Shown here: in pieces, positions 38,468-47,024 of the stretch
Position numbering within the stretch: the stretch's first letter is position 1
Layout: every line of letters begins with the position of its first letter
IMG/VR virus record: IMGVR_UViG_3300049215_000686
Location: 93,132-157,131 of that record
From: a virus
Length of the DNA: 64,000 nt
Strand: one strand, 5' to 3'
Position numbers and translations under genes: made by a program
The notes under the pieces: model-generated
What the model was told of the DNA's origin: nothing
Seen by the model: the letters and a program-made list of their open reading frames with translations, nothing else
Databases searched by the model: none

Positions 38468-39988
38468 ATGAAGATCAATGTTTTCCCGAGTTATTTCCTT
38501 CTTGATGCCTCAAAAGAACTCCTGGATCAAATCCACAACAAGTTTTCCTATCGTGATAAAGCCGTTGAATATAAACTAAATAAGTTAACTAGATCCCTAG
38601 AGTGGCGACAGAGAAATGGTCTTTATTTTCCGGGCTATGAGGAGTGGAAAGAAGAAAAACTGATCGAAATCAAGGAACTTCAAGGCAAACTCGATGTCTT
38701 TTGCTGCGAATTCGAGGGTGAATCTCTCAAAATCCCAATTGGGATTTTGGATGCTGTAAAAGAGGATATTCGGAGCCAGGATTTTCTTTTGACCGATCAC
38801 CGAGAGTTCTCGCTCCCTAGAAGGCATCTTACAGGTTTTTGTCCGCCCTTAAGAGCGCCTCAAATTGAAGCCATAAAAATCGCTCTTCAAAAACCGATTG
38901 GAACCATTGAGATGGCTACCGGTACCGGCAAAACCCTTGTAGGTTCCGAAATCATCCGTCATTACGGAGTAAAATCCATCTTTCTCGTTCCTTCTCGTGC
39001 GATTCTGAATCAAACAGTGAATCGATTCAGGGCCGCTTTCGGCAGTCGGCATATCGGCAAGGTCGGGGACGGGAAAAAGAAACACTCCCACGTCACCGTT
39101 GCCACTTATCAATCTGTTTATGCCGGAGATAAAGAAGACTTTTTAGATTATGATTTGGTGATCTGTGATGAGGCGCATCATGTTCCCGCTGAAACCTATT
39201 ACGAAGTCGTCGAGAATCGCTTAAAGAACGCGGTTTACCGTTACGGGCTCTCTGCTGATATCGAACGGATTGATGGTGGGACTATTTTGGTGGAAGCCGC
39301 GACAGGTCCGATCGTTTATTCTTATCCGGCTCCTCAAGCCATTCGAGACGGTTTTCTCGCAAAACCTACATTCGTTATTTATGAAATTACAAGAACCCAA
39401 GGGTCTTATATTAAATGGATAACGAACAACAAGGATGAGCGTGTAGCCGACGGCTTAGTGGTGTCTGAGGCCTTTACCGAGGATGATTCCCACCTTGCTT
39501 ATAAAAATTGGATTTTAGGCAATGATCTTTTAACTCAAACCGTTTCTGATATCGCGGCTGGGTTTAAAAATAATGGGATGAGTGTTCTTATTCTGGTTGA
39601 CGAAAAAGAGCACGGCGATAAACTTATGGGACATTTAAAGTCTCATGGGGCGCGGTTCGCGATTGGTGGGGGGAAAGATAATGAAAAACTCCAATTCGAT
39701 TTCAATCAACGCGAACTAAAGATTCTGATCGCTACCTCAGTTTTAGGCGAAGGCGCGGATACCGTTCCCGTGGATGTTCTGATCAATTTGATGGGCGGAA
39801 CTAAAGTAAAACAAGCCAATGGAAGGGCTTTAAGAAATGATCCTGACGAAAACGGTATTCCTAGAAAACCCCAATGTATCATTATCGATTTTGATGTGCC
39901 GGTAAGCCCGGTCCTTCACCGCCATTCCAAACTAAGGGAGCAAGTCCACCAAAGTTGCGGACCCGTTTATCGAAGGACATTAATCTAA
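38468..39988 (+). CDS. superfamily 2 DEAH helicase (UvsW-like)
   Basis: ATGTGKT, TYQS, DEAHH, GLSA, GEGAD, QANGRALR. Confidence 0.92.
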   Translation: MKINVFPSYFLLDASKELLDQIHNKFSYRDKAVEYKLNKLTRSLEWRQRNGLYFPGYEEWKEEKLIEIKELQGKLDVFCCEFEGESLKIPIGILDAVKEDIRSQDFLLTDHREFSLPRRHLTGFCPPLRAPQIEAIKIALQKPIGTIEMATGTGKTLVGSEIIRHYGVKSIFLVPSRAILNQTVNRFRAAFGSRHIGKVGDGKKKHSHVTVATYQSVYAGDKEDFLDYDLVICDEAHHVPAETYYEVVENRLKNAVYRYGLSADIERIDGGTILVEAATGPIVYSYPAPQAIRDGFLAKPTFVIYEITRTQGSYIKWITNNKDERVADGLVVSEAFTEDDSHLAYKNWILGNDLLTQTVSDIAAGFKNNGMSVLILVDEKEHGDKLMGHLKSHGARFAIGGGKDNEKLQFDFNQRELKILIATSVLGEGADTVPVDVLINLMGGTKVKQANGRALRNDPDENGIPRKPQCIIIDFDVPVSPVLHRHSKLREQVHQSCGPVYRRTLI

Positions 39989-40455
39989 AAAGAAAGGGAT
40001 TTTATATGATGAAATATTTGAAAAATCTTTGGAGCCGCTGGGAAGACATTAAAAAGAACGATCCAGTAAAAACAAGATTGATTTATGTTTTGTTCTGGGC
40101 AGCAATCGTTCTGGTTCCCTTTTTATCGATTTGGACTTTCGTCGGGTTCTCTAAGGCCCTGGCTCTTGCTGTTGGAATAATCGTTGGGGGGCTCTCTATC
40201 GCTCTTATTTTGGCGATTGGCAATGCGACGTTGGGATGGGTCGCTCATTACATTTTGACCGGCCAAATGGACTGGTTTGATTTTAACAATACCGTCTTGG
40301 AAGAACTGGAATGGTATTCAAAGAAAAAGACAAAACAAAAAATCTCTCGATCTCCTTTGGTAGTTAATCAAGTGGCTACCGGCAACAATAATGTCCAAGT
40401 AGGAGGAAGTATTAAGTTGGAAGAAGGCCCAGAATGGCTAAGAAAAAAGGACTAA
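39955..40455 (+). CDS. membrane protein (start probably at MMKYLK)
   Basis: two TM helices. Confidence 0.65.
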   Translation: MRTRLSKDINLKRKGFYMMKYLKNLWSRWEDIKKNDPVKTRLIYVLFWAAIVLVPFLSIWTFVGFSKALALAVGIIVGGLSIALILAIGNATLGWVAHYILTGQMDWFDFNNTVLEELEWYSKKKTKQKISRSPLVVNQVATGNNNVQVGGSIKLEEGPEWLRKKD

Positions 40456-40676
40456 TTCATCCAGGGATTATGATTGATACTCTTTCAGGTTTGGCTGTTG
40501 TCGATGCGAAAGTGATTTCACTTCTTCAGAAAATCACCGGAATCAAAGAAGCCGAAACAGCCCTTCATCAATTTTCTGATGAATGCTTCGAACAACATCT
40601 TGATCCTTACTCAATCATCAACCTTTTGTATTATTGCCTAGAGGCTACGCAAAAAAGGAAAAGGAAATCCAAATGA
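40434..40676 (+). CDS. hypothetical protein
   Basis: operon packing. Confidence 0.55.
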   Translation: MAKKKGLIHPGIMIDTLSGLAVVDAKVISLLQKITGIKEAETALHQFSDECFEQHLDPYSIINLLYYCLEATQKRKRKSK

Positions 40677-41341
40677 TCGAAAACGTAATCACTATTTTAT
40701 TTTTAGTGTTCATGGAAGGAATGCTCTCGTTTGATAATGCTTTGGTTTTGGCGGTTTTGACTAAGAAATTGCCTCAGAATCAACAAAAGAAAGCCCTCAC
40801 TTATGGCATTTGGGGAGCCATTGGGTTTCGTTTATTGGCGCTCAGTGTTTTAACCTTCATCATGCAATCGTTTTGGGTTAAATTCGCCGGCGCGGGCTAT
40901 CTTTTTTATTTATCGGCAAAGCATTTTATGGATAATGAAGACGAAGAAGATCCCCGTGATGGTTCACACCAATTTTGGAAAACGATTCTATTGGTAGAAT
41001 TGACCGATATCGCTTTTTCTGTAGATTCTATTTTGGCCTCAGTTGCCGTCAGTGATCAACTTTGGATCGTATTTGCAGGCGGATTGTTGGGCATTGTTAT
41101 GATGCGTTTTGCTGCGATTCTTTTTATCAAACTGATTTCATTTTATCCGAAATTAGAAAGAAGCGCTTATTTATTGGTGGGCATTGTGGCAGTAAAACTC
41201 TTCATTGAAGGCTCTTTGGGTGATCGAGTAGACTTTCATTCCACACATCAACCTTATCTTTGGACTCTTTGGGCCGCAATTATCGGCGCTTTCGTGAGCG
41301 GATTTTTACCTGACAAAAAGAGAGCCGCTTCAAGCGCTTAG
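40673..41341 (+). CDS. terC: TerC family membrane protein
   Basis: EGMLSFDNALVLA, ELTDIAFSVDSILA. Confidence 0.92.
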   Translation: MIENVITILFLVFMEGMLSFDNALVLAVLTKKLPQNQQKKALTYGIWGAIGFRLLALSVLTFIMQSFWVKFAGAGYLFYLSAKHFMDNEDEEDPRDGSHQFWKTILLVELTDIAFSVDSILASVAVSDQLWIVFAGGLLGIVMMRFAAILFIKLISFYPKLERSAYLLVGIVAVKLFIEGSLGDRVDFHSTHQPYLWTLWAAIIGAFVSGFLPDKKRAASSA

Positions 41342-41397
41342 GTATTACTTGACCGATTTAGTAAATTTAGATACTTTTAAGGCATACCGGAAGGACG

Positions 41398-42318
41398 TTG
41401 GTTATGCCGAAACCGGCAAAAAAGTATTTGATTACCGAAACTGAAGAAATTGATAAAGCGCTTAAGTTGATCTCATTTCCTTTGATTCGTGCTAGAGCAT
41501 TTTGCGAATGGAAGGGAGAGAAAATTGAGATCCCCAAAGAGGCCCTTTTTAGGCAAGATGATTTCACGTACTTTGAAACTTTTGCGCCAAACCATCAAAT
41601 TATCGAGCACTCTTTGGCGTTCAATGAAACGCTGACGGCGCTTACCTCTTTTCCATACCGCCTCAAAGCAATCATGCTGGATCAGTGTGGCGCCTCACTG
41701 GCCGCTCGGTTTGAAATTGATCAGCCTTTTGTAATTGTAGAAAATCCTTCGATCGATCTCATTAAGCCAGAAATCATTCTCACCAATTCATATAACAAAG
41801 AGACCGCGCTTGGCCTTCTTTTCGGATTTTCCCGGCCATTAGGACCAAATACCGGGCTAATCTCTGGAGACTTCAAGTGCAGATGGTTTTCACAAAACAA
41901 CAAGATCCATTCTACAAAAATCAAAAATTCGATCTCTTTGGGCCTAAAGGATTTTTCTGAAAAAGTGGTGCCTATTTTTATAGAAATGGGAAAAATCAGA
42001 ATCTCAAAGGCGCTCGCCATCAAGGCCATTATTTATACGGTACAAACAGATGTCCTTCCCAAAAAACTGGCCAAGCATTCGCTCGATCATATTTTACATT
42101 TAAATGGCGATCTTTTGGCCTGGAGCATTTTAAATGCGCTTCTTTGGTCTACTTCGCATGTCTTTCGCGGAACTCCGAACAGGCTCCTTGAAATTCAGCA
42201 AAAAATAGCCAAAACGTTCAGGGATGGCGGGAAAGATTTTCTTGTTTCTTGCCACGAAATTTCCGATGAAGAAGCGCAAAAATGGATTCAAAAGACAACC
42301 ATTAAACTCGTTGCTTGA
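41398..42318 (+). CDS. DUF932-like protein (divergent)
   Basis: IILTNSYN...L..G..R pattern. Confidence 0.45.
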   Translation: MVMPKPAKKYLITETEEIDKALKLISFPLIRARAFCEWKGEKIEIPKEALFRQDDFTYFETFAPNHQIIEHSLAFNETLTALTSFPYRLKAIMLDQCGASLAARFEIDQPFVIVENPSIDLIKPEIILTNSYNKETALGLLFGFSRPLGPNTGLISGDFKCRWFSQNNKIHSTKIKNSISLGLKDFSEKVVPIFIEMGKIRISKALAIKAIIYTVQTDVLPKKLAKHSLDHILHLNGDLLAWSILNALLWSTSHVFRGTPNRLLEIQQKIAKTFRDGGKDFLVSCHEISDEEAQKWIQKTTIKLVA

Positions 42319-42449
42319 ACGGATTTCGGTCCTTAAGTCAATATCGTGTAAAAAAATATATTTCTGGTCTTTTTTAGAATTCATGGAAAAATCCTTATCC
42401 ACGTACTGAAAATCAAAAAGGTATATTACCGGGATAGGGAGAACGTTTC

Positions 42450-42836
42450 ATGGATAAAGAAACGATTGCGCGTTTTAAGCGACTTCTTGAAGAAGAAAAG
42501 CAGCGAATATTGAAAAACGCGAAAACGGCTATAGAGGAACTTTCGGGTAAAACTGAAGACACTTCAGGGGATGAAGGAGATCAAGCCCGCAATCTTGCGG
42601 AGATGCATCTTTCTCTTCGCTTCAAAGAACGAGAAAGACATCTTCTCAGAAAAATCGAATCAGCACTCGAACGAATTAAAGAAGGATCTTTCGGAATTTG
42701 CGAGAACTGTGATGAAGAAATCGGCCTTAAGCGCCTTGAGATTCGTCCAGTCGCAACTCTTTGTATCTCGTGCAAGGAGACACAAGAGCGCTATGAAAAA
42801 GGATTCTCCAGTGAAACTCAACCCTCGGGACTTTGA
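42450..42836 (+). CDS. dksA: DksA/TraR RNA polymerase-binding factor
   Basis: coiled coil with DEGDQA tip; CENC...RLEIRPVATLCISCKE zinc finger. Confidence 0.92.
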   Translation: MDKETIARFKRLLEEEKQRILKNAKTAIEELSGKTEDTSGDEGDQARNLAEMHLSLRFKERERHLLRKIESALERIKEGSFGICENCDEEIGLKRLEIRPVATLCISCKETQERYEKGFSSETQPSGL

Positions 42837-42899
42837 ATTAGCCTTGGCCGGGTCGGTTTTCTTGATCTTGGCGGCGCTTTATTTCTATTGCCCTAAATT

Positions 42900-43088
42900 T
42901 TAAAGATGATCGCAGACAAAGCGGCTATCGCGAGCAGGAACCGGATCGAAATTTTTCATTACATCACTTTTGCCACAAACAAAAACGCGGTCGCGGTTTG
43001 CTACGCCATCACATCCGGACATAATGGATGGAGCACTGGCACAGCCAAAAAGGCTAATTAAAGCGATCAAACAAAAAGCAAATTTCAT
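42900..43088 (-). CDS. small lipoprotein
   Basis: LISLFG-C lipobox, AAGGAG RBS, internal repeat DRVFVC/DSRFVC. Confidence 0.7.
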   Translation of the reverse strand: MKFAFCLIALISLFGCASAPSIMSGCDGVANRDRVFVCGKSDVMKNFDPVPARDSRFVCDHL

Positions 43089-43104
43089 AAAAGATCTCCT
43101 TTCT

Positions 43105-43938
43105 TTAATATACCAGACCTTCAGATAGGGCCTGATTAGGTGGGATTTGGCCGTCTCCTAACGTCCCAAAATAGATTTTAAAGATTCGGGAAATCCCTTC
43201 TCCTTGAGTTTTAGCCTTAAGACGCCAAATCCAGACCCATTTGCAAAGCGCGATGAGCCCATACATCCACATAACTTTTTTGTTCTTAGGCATTAAATCA
43301 ATGGTTTTAAGTGTGATCCAATTGAGAAGATGCTCGCTGGTATTGAGTCTTTCTACTCCTTGATCATCCTTAAGGCCCTGAAAGGCATTAAAAAGAATGC
43401 CTAAGCAAAACCAGGCAAATTCCCAAATAGCCGGTATTCTCCCGTCACAAAACTTATAAAAACAAACTTCAAACCCTTGTCTCCAAAATTTGATATCGTA
43501 TTTTTCAGGATCAATATTCTGAAAGATCCATCCTTCTTTTTCACCGTATTCACAAATGTCCCGAGCATAATGAAGCCCAAAAAGAGCGCTTCCTGCCGCA
43601 ATGGCTCGGTAATCGTCTAAAGCCTCTTTCGAATCATCTCGCCCGGGATTTCGGTCATAAAGCCCTGGCATTGGATTTCCGGAAGCGTCTCTTCGGGTTA
43701 AATCATCGATGGTCCCAGCGAATCTCGCGCAATCTTCGTGATCCAGAATCTTGAATTCGTTTAAAAGGAAATAGAAATAAACGGCAAAAAGAATCCCGTT
43801 ATCGTCCGCCGCCGTGTTTTTGGTAAAACGTGGGAAAGGAGGCCGATCTGCCCCAGGCGCCAATTCCATGGTTCCATCTTGCGCAAACCACATGTCTAGC
43901 GCATCTGATTTTATGGATGAGGCTTTTTCGTGATCCAC
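43105..43938 (-). CDS. hypothetical protein
   Basis: 277-aa ORF at the end of the tail operon. Confidence 0.65.
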   Translation of the reverse strand: MDHEKASSIKSDALDMWFAQDGTMELAPGADRPPFPRFTKNTAADDNGILFAVYFYFLLNEFKILDHEDCARFAGTIDDLTRRDASGNPMPGLYDRNPGRDDSKEALDDYRAIAAGSALFGLHYARDICEYGEKEGWIFQNIDPEKYDIKFWRQGFEVCFYKFCDGRIPAIWEFAWFCLGILFNAFQGLKDDQGVERLNTSEHLLNWITLKTIDLMPKNKKVMWMYGLIALCKWVWIWRLKAKTQGEGISRIFKIYFGTLGDGQIPPNQALSEGLVY

Positions 43939-44955
43939 TTAAGCAACCTGCTTAATGACCATCCAATTTTCGGTTGAATCGCCACTGAGGTTAAGATTCA
44001 CTCCTGCTTGGTGACCAATGTCGAATTCAATTAGATCCCCTTTAGTTAGAAATTCTTCATAAATAAATTGGGCAGAAGCCAAGATGTTGTTCCCATTGAG
44101 GTTCATATAGGTTTTTTGAGAGAGAATGCCGAACATATTGCTCTCTAAAATGCCTCGAAAAAGATTTGGACTTGTCCAATTCGCACTACTCATTTGAACA
44201 GAATGAATCAATCGATAAAATCCATCCCCAGGCACCGTAAAATGAGTGCCACTCCATGCTCCACCCGTCGTATCCCAAACTTGGGTAGTAATCAGGGCCG
44301 TGGTATTGGCGTTATCCGTATAAACCCTCGCAGTTTCGCTCGTCTTATATTTCAGATAGACCAGCGGAACAAAAGGTGCAGCAAAAGGAATCCGGTGAAT
44401 TGCGGCAACGCCTCCAGGAGCGTTCTCGATAATACTCGAAAGAGAGCCCGCTGTTCTGAAAGCAGTCGATCCGGTGGCCTGAAGATCGATCCAACCCATT
44501 GGAATCCCACCAGAGACGAAAAGCGTACCAGGGTTGGCTAATCCTATCAGCGTAGCCGATTCAGCGCTAAAAATCCCATTAATTGAACCGTCATACTTAT
44601 AAGTAAATCCAACTCTTCGGTAATTCCCAATCGTTGTCGCCGGAAAAGTAATATTGAAAGTTCCGCCAGTTGTCGCTCCGGTTTGAAAATCGAGTGTCGA
44701 AGCAGGTACCGTGGGTATCGATACTCCAATCGGAGAAATGGATTTTTCTGCCCCATCAAACGCCTGGATTTTATTGGCCGAAAAATAAAGTTTCGCGTCG
44801 GGTGTCGGAAAATTGGCGTGCATTCTGAGCGGAAAATCCGCATTTTGATCCATTCCAGCCAAAATGTCTTTGACTAAAGAACGAGATCCAAAGCCTTGAG
44901 TGTTTAGACTCGCTTCATTCACCATCTGTTGGGATTGAAATTCTTGAAAACCCAT
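43939..44955 (-). CDS. tail fibre/spike-like protein with C1q-like tip
   Basis: G/T/S-rich; FTVPGDGFYRL. Confidence 0.65.
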   Translation of the reverse strand: MGFQEFQSQQMVNEASLNTQGFGSRSLVKDILAGMDQNADFPLRMHANFPTPDAKLYFSANKIQAFDGAEKSISPIGVSIPTVPASTLDFQTGATTGGTFNITFPATTIGNYRRVGFTYKYDGSINGIFSAESATLIGLANPGTLFVSGGIPMGWIDLQATGSTAFRTAGSLSSIIENAPGGVAAIHRIPFAAPFVPLVYLKYKTSETARVYTDNANTTALITTQVWDTTGGAWSGTHFTVPGDGFYRLIHSVQMSSANWTSPNLFRGILESNMFGILSQKTYMNLNGNNILASAQFIYEEFLTKGDLIEFDIGHQAGVNLNLSGDSTENWMVIKQVA

Positions 44956-44957
44956 AG

Positions 44958-46091
44958 TTAATTACCAACCTTATAGAAATAGACGTAATTGTTCGCGTCG
45001 TCACCGTTTAAGGTCGTATTCCCAGCCGTTCGATTATTTGAAACTCGAATTGTAACCGTATCGTTTGCGCTCAATGAGATCGTATCCTCTCCTCTGAGTG
45101 AATATGTGCTGTTTTGGGAAATCTGCACTTGTAGATAATCGAGAACTACTTCGGTTCCAGTGTTGATTCGATACCCTAGACTCAGATCATTTCCTGCGGC
45201 ATATGTCGCAGAAGTGTATTTAATCTTGCATCCAATCACATATTTTCCGGCGCTTGGTGCCGTGAAACTCGTCCCGTCATAAAGAGTATTCGTATCAAAA
45301 GAACTCGTGGCGAAACCTAAGGAAACAAACGCACCGCTATTGGAAATGCTCGTCGTTGCTGTTGTTTTATATCGAGCGGCGATTGCCGTCACATTAGAGG
45401 CCGTAACTGTAATCGTATTACTTGCCGAATTTATCGTTTTATTAGTGAGGGTATTTGTTGTGTCAGTTCCCACGATGGTCGTCGTCGTGGTAGGTAAGGT
45501 GAGTGTTCCGGAACCGTTTATAATTGTTGCCAGTCCAGAGATTTGATTTGCGGCATTGCCTAAAATCACGGAATTCGCCGTAATCGAGAAACTTCCAGCC
45601 GCCCAGTTCGCGGTTAATGCGCGAGTGCCGTCGGCTTTAATGTAAGAGGTCGATAAACTGCCATCTGCGATATTGGACAGGGTATTGGTTGATCCTGAAA
45701 TCGATTTATTAGTAAAAGTTGCGGTTGTATTATTTGTAGCAAGAGAATCGCCGCTCCCTACATCTGGAACTGAAAGGGTTTGGTTAGTCGTTTGGGAACT
45801 AGAAATCGTCAAAGTCTTGGCAGTAGTCATCCCCGCTAAACTAAAAGCAATCTTTTTGCTCGTATCCGAAGTATTAACAATCGCACTATTGCTATCAAAT
45901 AATGACTTATTTTGGAGATTATCGGTACTCGTTCTTCCAACAAGAGTATCCCCGGCTGCCGGCAGAAGATACGTTTTCGTATGATCTGCTGACAATAAGG
46001 AATCTGCTTCTTGCTTTCTCGTGGCTGAAGCATGAGCCTGAGAAGCAAGAAGCAAAACCAAAAATCCGGGGATGATTCTCTTGAGTTTCAA
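44958..46091 (-). CDS. signal-peptide-bearing fibre-like protein with C1q-like tip
   Basis: MKLKRIIPGFLVLLLASQAHA; T.TL.NK.I repeats; FTAPSAGKY. Confidence 0.7.
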   Translation of the reverse strand: MKLKRIIPGFLVLLLASQAHASATRKQEADSLLSADHTKTYLLPAAGDTLVGRTSTDNLQNKSLFDSNSAIVNTSDTSKKIAFSLAGMTTAKTLTISSSQTTNQTLSVPDVGSGDSLATNNTTATFTNKSISGSTNTLSNIADGSLSTSYIKADGTRALTANWAAGSFSITANSVILGNAANQISGLATIINGSGTLTLPTTTTTIVGTDTTNTLTNKTINSASNTITVTASNVTAIAARYKTTATTSISNSGAFVSLGFATSSFDTNTLYDGTSFTAPSAGKYVIGCKIKYTSATYAAGNDLSLGYRINTGTEVVLDYLQVQISQNSTYSLRGEDTISLSANDTVTIRVSNNRTAGNTTLNGDDANNYVYFYKVGN

Positions 46092-46097
46092 GTGGGA

Positions 46098-47024
46098 TTA
46101 TCTCCTAGAGATTTCGTTCCAAAACGTTCCATCCCAAACAAGAAGAAGAACGCTGTATTTAGCGCCAACCCAGGGACCGTTTAGTTGCAGAGTCGAACCT
46201 GCGACCGAAGCCTCATCTCGCAGAGTAACGGTTGCGGTGTTATCCGTTCCGATCACAATCAATTGATCACCGACATCCGTTCCGGCGGTAATGGAAGGTG
46301 TGGCACTTACATCAGCGGGTGCCGCTGAGTCGCCCACAACCCAAACGATATTGGAGTAAGTAGGAGAGGTAAGGCTGATCCCAGAAGCCGCGACCACACT
46401 CTGTGGAGAGCCTGCGGATCCATTTAGAGTTGGAGCCGGAGAAGGAACCGATGCCCAAGAAACAACCGAACCGTCCGTTTTAAGGAACTTTCCGTTATTT
46501 CCTGTTTGAGTAGGAACCAAAGCATTAATGGCATTGGCCGCAGTAGTTTGCCCAGTACCGCCGTTTGCAATGGCCAAGGCACCCGTTACGGCTGCCGATT
46601 GATCTAGGTGCAATGCACCAAAGGCAGGAACACCGGATGCTCCGGCTTGGAATGTTTGATATTGAGAGCCAGCAGACGCCACCGCTAAAGGCGAACTCCC
46701 TTGTCCGTAAAGGATCCCGTTTGTTGCGACAGTGGCTAATCCCGTACCACCATTCGCGACAGCAAGTTGCCCGCTACTCACAGCGCTCGCCGGAATGTTA
46801 CTGAATGTGTTTTGGGATCCGCTGATCGACTTATTTTGCAAGGTATCGGTAGTTACCCTGCCGACCATGGTATCTGAAGTCGTCGGCAATACTAAAAGAG
46901 CCGCCCCATTAGTGATATCGGCGCCATCCAAAACGCGACTCGCGCTCGAATAAACCGATGTGGGAAAAGATACGGCAAGAAAACCTGCCAATACCCACCC
47001 TAATTTAAAACGTTTCATTTTCAT
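46098..47024 (-). CDS. signal-peptide-bearing fibre-like protein
   Basis: MKMKRFKLGWVLAGFLAVSF...; LAVANGGTG repeats; C-terminus WDGTFWNEISRR. Confidence 0.7.
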   Translation of the reverse strand: MKMKRFKLGWVLAGFLAVSFPTSVYSSASRVLDGADITNGAALLVLPTTSDTMVGRVTTDTLQNKSISGSQNTFSNIPASAVSSGQLAVANGGTGLATVATNGILYGQGSSPLAVASAGSQYQTFQAGASGVPAFGALHLDQSAAVTGALAIANGGTGQTTAANAINALVPTQTGNNGKFLKTDGSVVSWASVPSPAPTLNGSAGSPQSVVAASGISLTSPTYSNIVWVVGDSAAPADVSATPSITAGTDVGDQLIVIGTDNTATVTLRDEASVAGSTLQLNGPWVGAKYSVLLLVWDGTFWNEISRR

